Shown here in pieces: positions 12,563-25,300 of a DNA stretch of 64,000 nucleotides. The first letter of the stretch is position 1. Every line of letters begins with the position of its first letter. The position numbers and the translations under genes were made by a program. Below the pieces are notes generated by a model. The model saw only the letters and a program-made list of their open reading frames with translations. It was not told where the DNA came from and did no database searches. This DNA comes from Ranitomeya imitator (taxonomy: Eukaryota): positions 197,904,001 to 197,968,000 of the forward strand of contig NC_091284.1 of assembly GCF_032444005.1 (NCBI RefSeq). Direction: 5' to 3'.

Positions 12563-12856
12563 ATCATTAGGCATTTAGGACAACATTGGATCATTCAGAG
12601 ATCCGCAATGAACTTATGGAGTGAGTTTGCTGCACTTAAAGTAAAGGGGCCGAATAATATTGCGCGCCCCACTTTTCAGTTTTTGAATTTCCACAAAAAT
12701 TTTAAATAACCAATAAATTTTGTTCAACTTCACAATTGTGTTCCACTTGTTATTGATTCTTCACCAAAAAGTTACATTTGGTATCTTTGTTTGAAGCATG
12801 ATATGTGGGAAAAGATTGAAAAGTTCCAGGGAGCTGAATACTTTCGCAAGGCACTG
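12563..12856 (+). mobile_element. Tc1-like 3' terminal fragment, probably the host of the hAT insertion
   Basis: ends in aatactttcgcaaggcactg|TA, a typical Tc1 terminus. Confidence 0.6.
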
Positions 12857-13202
12857 TATATTGTGGTAGTTTGGCCAAGAAATGTATAGATAAGTTGTGC
12901 TGAAGTTTGTGCTGCTCAACTGTGAAAATGGTGCTTGGCACATCATGGGTTTTGGGTAAAAGTAAAATAATAAAGGTTGTATGTGATATCTACATTGATG
13001 GGTCTTTTCTAAAGTAGATGGTGGCGAGTACAAGTGATGTACAAGAGGATGTGTATAAAACATATGACAGCACCTCAACTATAATATAGTTTGCAAAATT
13101 GAGTCTTTCCATTTATTGTGTACATAGAAAATGTGATCAGGTCTTGAAATAACTGATATATATTTTATCATTATATTGTTTATGTATGTTTTCCTTTACT
13201 AG

Positions 13203-13350
13203 CCTGTTTGACCGTAAACTTGAGAATAACGAACAACAGTATATGGCTGTAAAGAGTATTGTGAGTGGATTATCCAGACCAGCTCCATACCTCATATTTG
13301 GCCCACCAGGGACTGGAAAAACCGTAACTTTGGTGGAGGCCATCAAACAG
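13203..13350 (+). CDS. mov10: MOV10 exon, Walker A ([12 protein letters not shown]...[17 protein letters not shown])
   Basis: tttactAG acceptor, cag/GTgaaa donor. Confidence 0.95.
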
Positions 13351-16300
13351 GTGAAAGTTTTAACTCCTTTTATCTAACTACACATCACTTCTCCCCCTCA
13401 GCTTTTAGGGTATGAGTCAAGCAAGTGCATCCTGGGAGATAGCAGGATAGTCCCCAAGGATCCCAATTTTTATACCCAGATATCTACTTTATCTTATGCT
13501 TTGTAGGAATCAAACTTTTTTTAGACCCATCTTAAATCTTTAAACCTTTCTGATTGTAACCTGTAAACTTGTACAGCCCCAACACAGATTTATCTATATA
13601 CGGATATCCAACATTAATAGATCTTCAATCTTGAGTCTAATTCAGACTTCCATGTAGCACTGTGCATGCCCAAACTGTAATGCAAGGACTGGCCATGGGT
13701 CGCCTGATCCGAACTTGACAGCCTCTTGAGAATATTGTTATTGTGTATCTTGCAAAATTGTGGGGCAGCATGAATCGTAGCCTGGCTGCACAATTGCAGC
13801 CATGTATATTGTTCTCTGAAATGTTTTTGGGCTACATAGAAAATATACTTTGACAATTGAGACCATCGATGCTGTCCGAGGACAGTGTTTACCCAGTGCA
13901 GATGCTTGACCTGATACTTATGTGTGAAAAAGAAGAAGAATCCAGCTCCAGAATAAAATTGAGAACATTTATTTCAACATTTTAAAATTGGAAAGCTGCT
14001 TACAGATGACCAGCAGCAGAGTTTGCTGCAAACTTATGGCTGTTCTTCTTCAATAATCTGCTGGTCATCTGTAAGCAGCTTTCCAATTTTAAAATGTTGA
14101 AATTTTCTCAATTTTATTCCGGAGCTGGATTCTTGTTCTTTTTCATATAAAGTTTCCGCGTTGGGCAGAGACGTTTTCCGTGCTCGGATTTTTCTTTCTT
14201 GGACTATGAGGATTCTTTCTACAAGGGTGAGCTGAAACACTAATTTTTTTCTTACTCAAGTGTGCATAGGGAAAGACCTGTCAATCGCCTACAGTAGCAC
14301 TGGGAAGAGCTGGAAATCATGCTGTGCGCAATTTCGGAGGCATTAATCACTTGATGGGTAAACATCAAGACAGTGTTTACCCGTAGCATAAATTCTGCAT
14401 CTTTTTTCCTGCTGCTCTTTATCTACATGATTTCTGCAGTTGTCTGCCACATCAGCCTTCTGATGATTGTGTTTTGGGTTTGTTTTGTGTTGTTTTTTTT
14501 ATCCTGTTTTTTTTTTTTTGGCTCCCAATAGGAGTTTTTTATTAATTACATCTAATTTTCCTGCAAAAATTCAGCTGACTTTATGTACAAAAAAATCTGG
14601 GTTGGGTATTTTGAATTTTGAGATGAGGAAGAAAAAGCAAAACAAAAACCTACTTTTGACAACAGTGTATTTGCATGTTGAGTGTTGACATTTCGCACAT
14701 TTGAGGTCATATGAATGTTTGCAATGAGCGTGCCTGTAACGCCTATTGGAAACAGATGTATAAAAGTACAAAAGCCATGTAATCAAGGCAAACATTTGCC
14801 AATAGAATAGGTCGTACTGAAAGGCAAATGTGGCACTGTCATCTGCAACCTTTTTGTGACAAACCAGTTTGTAAAATTTCTGCTCTGCCCCATTACCTGT
14901 AGGTACACTCCAGGAGGATGCTGCCTACTGGATGCCCAATGACCACTGTAAAATTTGGTGGACAGGGGTAACGTGGGTTTTTTTTTTTTTTCCATGGTTT
15001 GTACTTTTCCCATTTCCAGTGAAGGGCAATATTAATGCTACACCAGGCAAATACATTTTAGACAACTATATGCTTTGTGGCAACAGTTTTGGTGACGCTT
15101 TCCCGTTCCTGCTTGACAGTGCCACAGCGCACAAAGCAAGGTCCATAAAGATGTGGTTGGGTGAACTTAGGATATAGCATATTGAGATCCAACACCAACA
15201 CCTGCACATTCCTCTGGTTTAAATTGGAACGCCTAAATACTGTCAACCAACATCAGTGCATTGACCTCACAAATTATCTTTTGGGTGAAAGGTGCAAATT
15301 CCCCAAATCTTGTTTAATGTCTTTCAAGAGGGTTGGAAGTCCCAATAGCTACATAGAAGACCAAAGTCTTTGAAGTGGATGTTCAACAAGAATCTACTTT
15401 GGCCATATAGTGTTTGTTACTTCTGCAGCAGATAGATTTTTTTTTTAATGCTTACCTTTCGATATTCTTTGTCTCCCTTTTCCAGGTACTGAAGAACATC
15501 CCAGGGTGCCACATTCTAGCATGTGCCCCATCTAACAGCGCATCAGACCTGCTCTGTGAGCGCCTGATGGCACACATTGATAACAAAGATGTTTACAGGA
15601 TAATGGCCAGCAGCAGGGATTTCCGTCTTGTTCCAGAAAAAATAAAGGTATATTTCATGCATTGCATTAATGGTGATTCTGGCAATGTGTATTTGAGTCC
15701 TGGGAATGTCATCCATTTTCATACATTTCCCCAATATGGTCTAATCTGATTGCAGTACTTTCCAGAGACAACCACTTTTTTCTTTGTACCAGTTTTAATG
15801 CATCTCATCAGTTGTGGAATAACAAGCCTAGTAATTACCAATAAGCTTTGATAAGCAGTTTCCTATTAACAGTGTAGTAATATATATTTTTTTAATCTAA
15901 ATCAATGAGTTGGACGGCAGATTTGCTTTGTAGTTGGGACCATTACCTTGCAGCACTTGAGTTTTGAGTTTGAATCTGCTGACAAACGACCTCAGCATGA
16001 AGTTGTTGTTTTTTTTTCTCCCCAAAATTGGGTGGCTTTCTTGGGTGCTGGGTCAAAATTAGCAATGTAAGTCTATGGGTGCCCTTGAAAAAAATTGGAG
16101 AGCACTCAGATGCTGTATGCTTTCCACAGACTGATATAAGAAGCCTTTTTTCCCCCTTATTCCAGAAAAAGTGATTAAACTTGGAACAAGGCCTGATGAT
16201 TCTCTTTTGAACCTAGATGGAATGCTTATCCAAAACACTGATATAAGGGTTGGCTCCAACTTTACAAGTCCCTTTAGCGTAAACTAACTGCAGTAGATAT

Positions 16301-19300
16301 GCACTTTACTAAATACTTTGCTTTCCCAAATCCTTCTGTAACCTGAGCTGTCCGTCTGGTTACGTGATCTGTAGTTGAGAACCTCCTGGCTTTCTATGAT
16401 TTTGCGTCAAAATCTCAGTCTTTGGCTCTGGAGACTGATGGGTGGACGGGGTTACCGTCTGGATGGGCATGGCTCTATTCAGCAAAGCGCTTGTTGCTCC
16501 TGTACTTTGACACAGACCATGCCGTATATTACCTTATGTAATGTGTATATACACCCTGATGTATACTATTGTATGTCTTTCTATCTATCTCATTCATCCC
16601 ATCTATCTATCCAACAGTTAGAGGCAGTAGGGGTTAATCTTTATTGTCAGGGTGGCTGCTCTGGTGCTTTGTGCATTACTTCTATTCCCTGCAACAGTGT
16701 CCTGTACAGGAGATCATGCTGATTCTGTTTGGCCCTTGGGGGAGGGATTTGGGTAGAAATACTAGTGGTGTGTTCTCTGCTGGCTTGCAGCCCAGCATAA
16801 GGCATGACGGTAAATGTCAAAAGACAACTTTTAATTAGCAGTCTCCCCTCCCCCCCTCTTTTTTTAAAGGTTGTTTGGCTAAGCATTTACGGCAGACGTT
16901 TCAAAAAAAAAAAATGTCTCTTGGCAGGGATAAGATGCTGCATAAAAAAGCACATTTTTTACTGCTATTTTTTTTCCCTGTGCATTGAAAATTTGACATG
17001 CTGCAGATATGAAACTGCTTCAAATCTGCAAGGAAAAATAAGCATCATGTGCATGACATAAAAAAAAAATATAGTATGCCATATAGAATGCATATAGTAT
17101 AGTATCACACCGACCTTTTTAGAAAACACCAGTGATTGTCTTACCGCTGTCTCTAACATCATGTCCTCCCTCTATCTGAAACTAAACCTGTCAAAAACTG
17201 AACTCCTCGTGTTCTCTCCCTCTACTAACCTACCTTTGCCTGACATTGCCATCTCCGTGTGCGGTTCCACCATTACTCCAAAGCAACATGCCCGCTGCCT
17301 TGGGGTCATCCTTGATTCTGACCTTTCATTCACCCCCCACATCCGATCATTGGCTCGCTCTTCTTATCTGCATCTCAAAAACATTTCTAGAATTCGCCCT
17401 TTTCTTACTTTCGACTCTGCAAAAACTCTTACTGTTTCACTTATTCATTCTCGTCTGGACTATTGTAACTCTCTACTAATCGGCCTCCCTCTTACCAAAC
17501 TTGCCCCGCTCCAATCTGTCCTGAATGCTGCTGCCAGGATCATATTCCTCACCAACCGTTACACCGATGCCTCTACCTTGTGCCAGTCATTACACTGGCT
17601 ACCCATCCACTCCAGAATCCAGTACAAAACTACTACCCTCATCCACAAAGCACTCCATGGCTCAGCACCACCCTACATCTCCTCCCTGGTATCAGTCTAC
17701 CACCCTACCCGTGCCCTCCCCTCCGCTAATGACCTCAGGTTAGCATCCTCAATAATCAGAACCTCCCACTCCCGTCTCCAAGACTTTACACGTGCTGCGC
17801 CGATTCTTTAAAATGCACTACCTAGGTTAATACGATTAATCCCCAATCCCCACATTTTTAAGCGTACCCTAAAAACTCATTTGTTCAGACTGGCCTACCG
17901 CCTCAATGCATTAACCTAACGATCCCTGTGTGGCCTATTTATAAAAAAAAAAAATCAGGTTCCTCGCATCATGTTCTCATTCACTTTATGCAGTTAATAA
18001 CCCTCTGTGTCTGTACTGCTACATACTTAGGCAGTTAACTGGTTCATGCAGCTTTACATGAACACCCGAGCCTTACACTAAGGCCGGTCCGAATAACTAA
18101 AGCAATTGTTACCATCCACCTCTCGTGTCTCCCCTTTTCCTCATAGTTTGTAAGCTTGTGAGCAGGGCCCTCACTCCTCCTGGTATCTGTTTTGAACTGT
18201 ATTTCTGTTATGCTGTAATGTCTATTGTCTGTACAAGTCCCCTCTATAATTTGTAAAGCGCTGCGGAATATGTTGGCGCTATATAAATAAAAATTATTAT
18301 TATTATTATTATTATTATGCATATAGATTTCTCTAGAGTGTTATCGGGGGGGGGACGGGTATTGTATTAGTTTGTTTGAATGGAAAAAAATCTAATACTT
18401 GGAAGAAAATGACAACTTTATTGTATTTTCTGTATAACAATAATATAGATTGACACCATGTAATGCTGAAAATCTTTGTTCTACTGATCTTTTTGTAAAA
18501 ATGTTATTGTGTAAATTTCCTAATAAAACAAAACATATCTGATTTAAAAAACAAAAAAACAAAAACAAAACCAAAAACTTCTAGCTAACTGCTCTTGGCA
18601 TCAAGTGCATTCAGAATGTCATCTGAAACCTATGGAATACGATGGACATAACCCTGTAATTGGATTTCATTTCCTTATGTGGCATACTCTCATATTATAT
18701 GGTATACTCAAATGTTCACCAAGATATATTGAATGATGATTTCTTAAATCATCGATTTAATTTGTTTAATCATCGAATGATTATTTATTTCTTCCACTTT
18801 TTTTTAATAGAAGATTTTGGGTTTTTTTTCCCGCAGCCATGTTGCAATTGGAATTCTAGGAGCCAGACATATGAATATCCTAATAAAGAGAAGCTCATGG
18901 AATACAGAGTTATCATAACAACTCTCGTCACGGCTGGAAGGTATGGGACATGTTACAGCAGAACTCCTCCTATTAACATTGTTTCATGTGTAGAATTAAG
19001 ACTTCTCGTTTAGCAAACAAAGTGATTATTACCGTGAGGTGCTGCAGCAGCTAACTGTGGTATGAATATACACTGCTCAAAAAAATAAAGGGAATACTAA
19101 AATCCCACATCCTAGCTATCACTGAATTAAATATTCCTGTTTTAAATCTTTATTCATTGCCCAGTGGAATGTGTTGAGAACAATAAAACCTAAAAATGAT
19201 CAACGTAAATCACAACTAATATCCCACGGAGGTCTGGAGTTGGAATGATGCTCAAAATCAAAGTGGAAAGTGAAGTTACATGCTGATCCAGCTTCAGTGT

Positions 19301-22300
19301 AAATGCCTCAAAACAAGGGAATGATGCTCAGTAGTGTGCGTGACCTCCACATGCCTGTATGATCTCCCTACAACGCCTGGGCATGCTCCTGATGAGGCGG
19401 CGGATGGTCTCCTGAGGGATCTCCTCCCAGACCTGGACTAAAGCATCCGCCAACTCCTGGACAGTCTGTGGTGCTGTATGACGTTGGTGGATTTGTGCGA
19501 GACATGATGTCCCAGATGTCTTCAATCGGATTCAGGTCTCTGAAACGGGCAGGCAAGTCCATAGCTTCAATGCCTTCATCTTGCAGGAACTACTGACACA
19601 CTCCAGCCACATGAGGTCTGGCATTGTCCTGCATAAGGCAGAACCCAGGGCCAACCGCACCAGCATATGGTCTCACAAGGGGTCTGAGGATCTCATCTCT
19701 GTACCTGATGGCAGTCAGCCTACCTCTGGCGAGCACGTGGAGGGCTGTGCGGCCCTCCAAAGAAATGCCACCCCACACCATTAATGACCCACTGCCAAAC
19801 CGGTCATGCTGAAGAATGTTGCAGGCAGCAGATCGCTCTCCACAGATCGCTCTACCCAATGTGGACCTGCTTTCATCTGTGAAGTGCACAGGGCGCCAGT
19901 GGCGAATTTGCCAATCCTGGTGTTCTGTGGCAAATGCCAAGCGTCCTGCACGGTGTTGGGCTGAGAGCACAACCCCCATCTGTGGACGTCGGGCACTCAG
20001 ACCATCCTCATGGAGTTTTTCTAACCATTTGAGCAGACACATGCACATTTCTGGCCTGCTGAAGGTCATTTTGCAGGGCTCTGACAGTGCTCCTCCTGTT
20101 CTTCCTTGCACAAAGGCTGAGGTAGCGGTCCTGCTGCTGGGTTGTTGCCCTCCTACGGTCCCCTCCATGTCTCCTGTTGTACTGGCCTGTCTCTTGGTAG
20201 CGCCTCCAGCCTCTGGACACTACGCTGACAGACACACGAAACCTTCTTTCCACAGCTCGCATTGATGTGCAATTCTGGATGAGCTGCACTACCTGAGCCT
20301 CTTGTGTGGGTTGTAGAGTCCGTCTCATGCTACCACGAGTGTGAAAGCACAACCAACATTCAAAAGTGACAAAAACATCAGCCAGAAAGCATTGGTACTG
20401 AGATGTGGTCTGTGGTTCCCACCTGCAGGACCATTCCTTTATTGCGTGTGTCTTGATAATTGCCAATAATTTCCATCTGTTGTCTATTCCATTTGCACAA
20501 CAACATGTGAAATTGATTGTCCACTTAGGAAGCAACACTGTGACAGTTTGATTTCACAGAAGTTTGATTTACTTGGAGTTATATTCTGTTGTTTAACCTT
20601 CGTCCGGCTGAGTAGGTACAATTGTAACTATTCCGTTTTAAAGTTGCAATAACTTTTTTTTTCGAAAAGCCGTAGAGGGCTGAAATTTCGTGACATCTCT
20701 GCAGTTTTGGTCCAGAATATATTGGCCAAATTTCAATAAAATATATATGAAGGTACAATTGTACCTCTGCAGCCTGACAAAGTTTAAGTGTTCCCTTTTA
20801 TTTTTTTTGAGCAGTGTATGAATGGCTGCCCATTTAAATACATTATATGTGAGCTGACGCTGCTTGTATGCACATTTCTGTTCTGGTTCGTAGAAGAAAG
20901 TCCCAAGCAGCGCATCCAGCTCAATGACATTCAATTGACCTAATTTGACTTGATGATACAAAAAGTTTATCCTCCATTTTGATACAGGAAAGAAATATAT
21001 CTTGGTACCGTGTTAGCCAGTAGATAGAAATATTTAGAATTGAGAGTCCTCAGTGGTTGATACCTTTTTAATGGCTAACTGAAAAGATGGTAACAAATTG
21101 CAAGCTTTCGAGACTACATACGTCTCTTCATCAGGCAAAGACTAAAACAAATTCTGAAGAATCACATATTTATGCACAACATAGTATAGAAAAAAATAAA
21201 ATAAAAAATTCTTGATTCTTCAGAATTTGTTTTAGTCTTTGCCTGATGAAGAGACCTGTGTAGTCTTGAAAGCTTGCAATTTGTTACCATCTTTTCAGTT
21301 AGCCATTAAAAGGTATCAACCACTGAGGACTCTCAATACAAAAAGTTTAGTAATTTTCCAAATGCTGTTTTTTGTATACCGTATTTGATTTTTTTGTTTG
21401 TTTGTTTTAGTTTTCATTTTATAATTTCAGTTCTTTTTTTGCATTCGGATATATAGCTAATATAAAATTCTGTAAGATAACCTTGAAAACAGTCAAGTTT
21501 TCATAAGAACGTGGTAAAGCTAGCCATTATATTTAGCCAATTTGTGGACCATAAGTCATACATCAGATTGTATGTTTGAATGCTCCCACCAAGAACATCC
21601 CAGGCTAAACTGCCTAATAAAGCACGTACTAAGTATTTAAGGGGGACCTGACAACTTTACCCTAAACTACCACCATGAATTTATTGGAATATGAATACAC
21701 TACCTTACAGACCATTTTACCGTCTAAAGATTACTGCATATGGCAAAAAAAAACTATTTTATAACCGTGATTGTGATATGCTAATTAGTAGGCAGCTAGT
21801 TGAGGGGGGCATTGTTTTCCCCTAATTAGTCAATCCATTAATCATGTTATCACACCCCTGTGTCAATGCTTGTTCTTTGAAAATTTCTGTAAGCAGGGTG
21901 TATGCATCACGGCTTTATCGGCACGTTGCGAATGCCAAGGAAGGTAGCTGTAGGATGTTGAAGTGATGCTGCTCTTGCAAATCATGTTATGCACACCTAC
22001 AGGAGTGTGATTCTGTAAGGTGGCCACAGATGAAACGTAATGTCCCTTCTGCAATGTGCATAATGTGTGCAGCAGGACACTCAGATTCAGCGTCGGACTG
22101 GAGTACCTTGGGTCCACCAGAGAAAAATCATTCTTGGGACCCACCATGCCGTTTAAAAATACCACACAGGATAGATCCTATATACCAGGGGGTCCCCAAC
22201 TCCAGTCCTCAAGGCCCACCAACAGGTCATGTTTTCAGGATTTCCTTTGCATTGCACAGGTGATGCAATTATTACCTGGGCAAGACTAAGGAAATCCTGA

Positions 22301-25300
22301 AAACATGACATGTTGGTGGGCCTTGAGGACTGGAGTTGGGGACCCCTGCTATATACTACACCACACAGGAGAGCTGACCGATCCTCTATATACCACACCA
22401 CACAGGAGAGCTGACAGATCCTCTATATACTACACCACACGGGAGAGCCAACAGATCCTCCATACTTGTAAGGCGGATGTCGTAAAGGTGTTACCTGAGG
22501 ACCCCCGTCACCACTGTCACCTCTATTTTCCTGTGTGTCCCCTCCCCCACTGTCACCCAATATCCTGTGGGCCCCCTCCCCCACTGTGCTACGTCTATTT
22601 TCCTGTGTGTCCCCCCCACTGTGCTACCTCTATTTTCCTGTGTCTCCCCCCACTGTGCTACCTCTATTTTCCTGTGTCCCCTCCCCCACTGTCACCTCTA
22701 TTTTCGTGTCCCCTCCCCCACTGTCACCTCTATTTTCGTGTGTCCCCCCCACTGTGTGTGTCCCCCCCACTGTCACCTCTATTTTCCTGTGTCCCCTCCC
22801 CCACTGTCACCTCTATTTTCCTGTGTCCCCTCCCCCACTGTCACCTCTATTTTCCTGTGTCCCCTCCCCCACTGTCACCTCTATTTTCCTGTGTATCCCC
22901 CCCCACTGTGCTACCTCTATTTTCCTGTGGGCCCCCTCCCCCACTGTTTCACCTCTATTTTCCTGTGGGCCCCCTCCCCCACTGTCACCTCTATTTTCCT
23001 GTGGGCCCCCTCCCCCACTGTCACCTCTATTTTCCTGTGGGCCCCTCCCCCACTGTCACCTATTTTCCTGTGAGCCCCCTCCCCCACTGTGTCACCTCTA
23101 TTTTCCTGTGGGCCACCTCCCCCACTGTCACCTCTATTTTCCTGTGGGCCCCCTCCCCCACTGTCACCTCTATTTTCCTGTGGGCCCCTCCCCCACTGTC
23201 TCACCTCTAAATTCCTATGGGCCTAGTCAGATAGGGAAAGGGGAGCCACAGTAAAATAGCGGTGGATTGACACAATGGGGGAGGGGACCCACAAGAAAAT
23301 TAGAATATCACTGTGGGCCCCCTCCATTGTGTCACCTTTTAGGATGCATGGGGCCCCCTCCCCTAACTGCCTCTGTGGCCGGAGATCTACTCAGGGTGCC
23401 GGCATCATATAGTTATTTACTTAGTCACACTGACTGCAGCCATCAGACTCCCTCTGCTCCACCGCTGATTGGGTAGGACTGCTCACCAATCACAGCACAG
23501 CTCCTTGCCTGAGCTGTGCTGTGAGCTCACACAAAGAAAACTCACGCTGATTGGCTGAATTGCAGCCAATCAGCGTTTACACTGCTGTCCAGGGCTTTGT
23601 GGATTGTGGAAGAGGAGCAAAGATCATACCCAGCACAGGAAACAGGTGACTGCGGGTCAGCTGTGTGTGCGTCTCCTCTCAGCCTCACAGTCAGCTGTTC
23701 CTCTGACTGTGCTGGCTGAAGTGGGGGTCGGCATACACAGCTCTCCTGGCAGAGTAATGGCAGCGGCAGCAGGTGATGTGAAGGAGCTGCTCCTGCACTT
23801 CCCATCACCTGTGCAGTCTGCCAGCTGTGCCGACTATACAATAAAGTGCGCACTGCTGTGCGCACGCTATGAGCATGATGCAGGGCAGGCACAAATTAAG
23901 GAGACAGGAGCTGGGGGCGGGGCCCACCGGAGGATTCTCCGATGTCCCGGTTCCCCAGTCCGACCCTGCTCAGATTACCGTAGTTGCTGGAGCTCCCTAG
24001 TCTTCTGTCACTCCGGCTCCCGATCCATAGATCTCACAAAACACTCCAGACTCGTTCATTTCAAATAGTTCAACTTTAGTTGACTTTACCTGTCTTCCCG
24101 GCAACCTCCTATTCTTCCTGGCAGTCTCTGCCTCGTATCTGGCAACCTCTGCCTCGCTTCTGGCAACCTCTGCCTCGCTTCTGGCAATCTCTGCTCGTCC
24201 TGGACAATCTCCGTCCCATCTGTGCTTTTAGTCCCACCAGCTTCCTACCATTCACCTGGTCCGGCTTCAGGGCCGTATTTAGAGTTTCTGCTGCCCTGGG
24301 CACTTTTAGTGCCGCCTCCCCCTTTGGTGAGTATAACACTATCGGCAGTGACTTTGCCATAAATCGCTGATGTGAAAGTAGCCTTTTGCAACAGATCCCT
24401 GCAGTTTTTCCACATCTGCCGCGTAACGGATCACTTACGGCAACACTGCGTTCGGCCTCATTCATTCCCTATGAGACTTGCGGACATGTGCGGCACTTGT
24501 GGTTTTGCCGCGATCCGGCAAATGTGGTACTTGCAGCAATGGAAAAAACACTGCTAGCAGTGTTTTTTGTATCATCGCAAGTGCAAAACCACAATTGCCG
24601 CACATGTCCGCAAGTAGCCATCACTGCCTGTCCCTGCACCTTGCTAGCTCATCCCTAACCATCCCACTCTGAACTAAAACTACACTATAAAGCTTTAGAA
24701 AAACAATTAACTGACATATTCCTATAATAATGAGGGCTCCAGGCTACGGCGTAGACTAGGACGGGCAGTCTCCGGGTCTCCATTCTCTCTGTGCACACCC
24801 TCAGTCCCTGCCTCACTGCCTGTGCTGTACTGTGCACAGACCTCCCTCTACCGGACCCGGTAATCACCGCTCGCAGTAGCATACCGGCAGAGGTGTATCT
24901 AGGTTTTCTGGCACCAGGGGCAAGAATTCATTTTCTCGCCCCCCCTCCCCCCCAAGGACATATGCGATTTGCACACTCAGTCATGTACCGACAAGCCGCT
25001 CTCCCTAATGCTCTCAATGTTTAGTGAAAAACTGAGAGAAGCGGGAAGAGAAGCTCGTTGTCACAGGACCATGAGTATAAAAGTCGCATATGAGTGAAGT
25101 GTCCATGTAACGACTACTGGAACCTGCAGAGCTGAATCCTGACATCGCAGCTTCTGAATTCTCACAGCTAATGCACTGCACACTTTTAGGATTCTCCCTT
25201 GCCGGTGGACAGTCATGTCAGCACAAGTGGAGCGCCCCCAGACGCAGGGCCGCAGGGTGTTCTCGGTACCGGTCCTCTCTGTCTCGGTGCTGGGGTTGTC

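Larger units (their letters stand above)
21039..21337. mobile_element. Penelope-like inverted terminal-repeat pair (~125-bp arms)
   Basis: 21039-21163 is the reverse complement of 21213-21337; each arm carries a hammerhead motif. Confidence 0.75.
22088..23968. mobile_element. non-autonomous hAT element with internal minisatellite
   Basis: TIR CAG(C/G)GTCGGACTGG, 8-bp TSD CTCAGATT (22080-87 and 23969-76). Confidence 0.85.

Noticed and set aside
1-13200. Search for the preceding MOV10 exon
   Set aside because: No ORF segment resembling the pre-helicase region was found with splice signals; it is probably upstream of the window or in a gap.
17161-17811. 216-aa ORF as a host gene
   Set aside because: It is the RT C-terminal region of a truncated L2/CR1 LINE with a premature stop.
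22305-23254. 301-, 239- and 168-aa Pro/Cys/His-rich ORFs
   Set aside because: Translations of the 33-bp minisatellite, which lacks stop codons.
24268-25227. Possible hAT/Harbinger MITE starts (cagggccgtattt at 24268, cagaggtgtatct at ~24886)
   Set aside because: Matching right ends and TSDs could not be found, so boundaries are unsupported.
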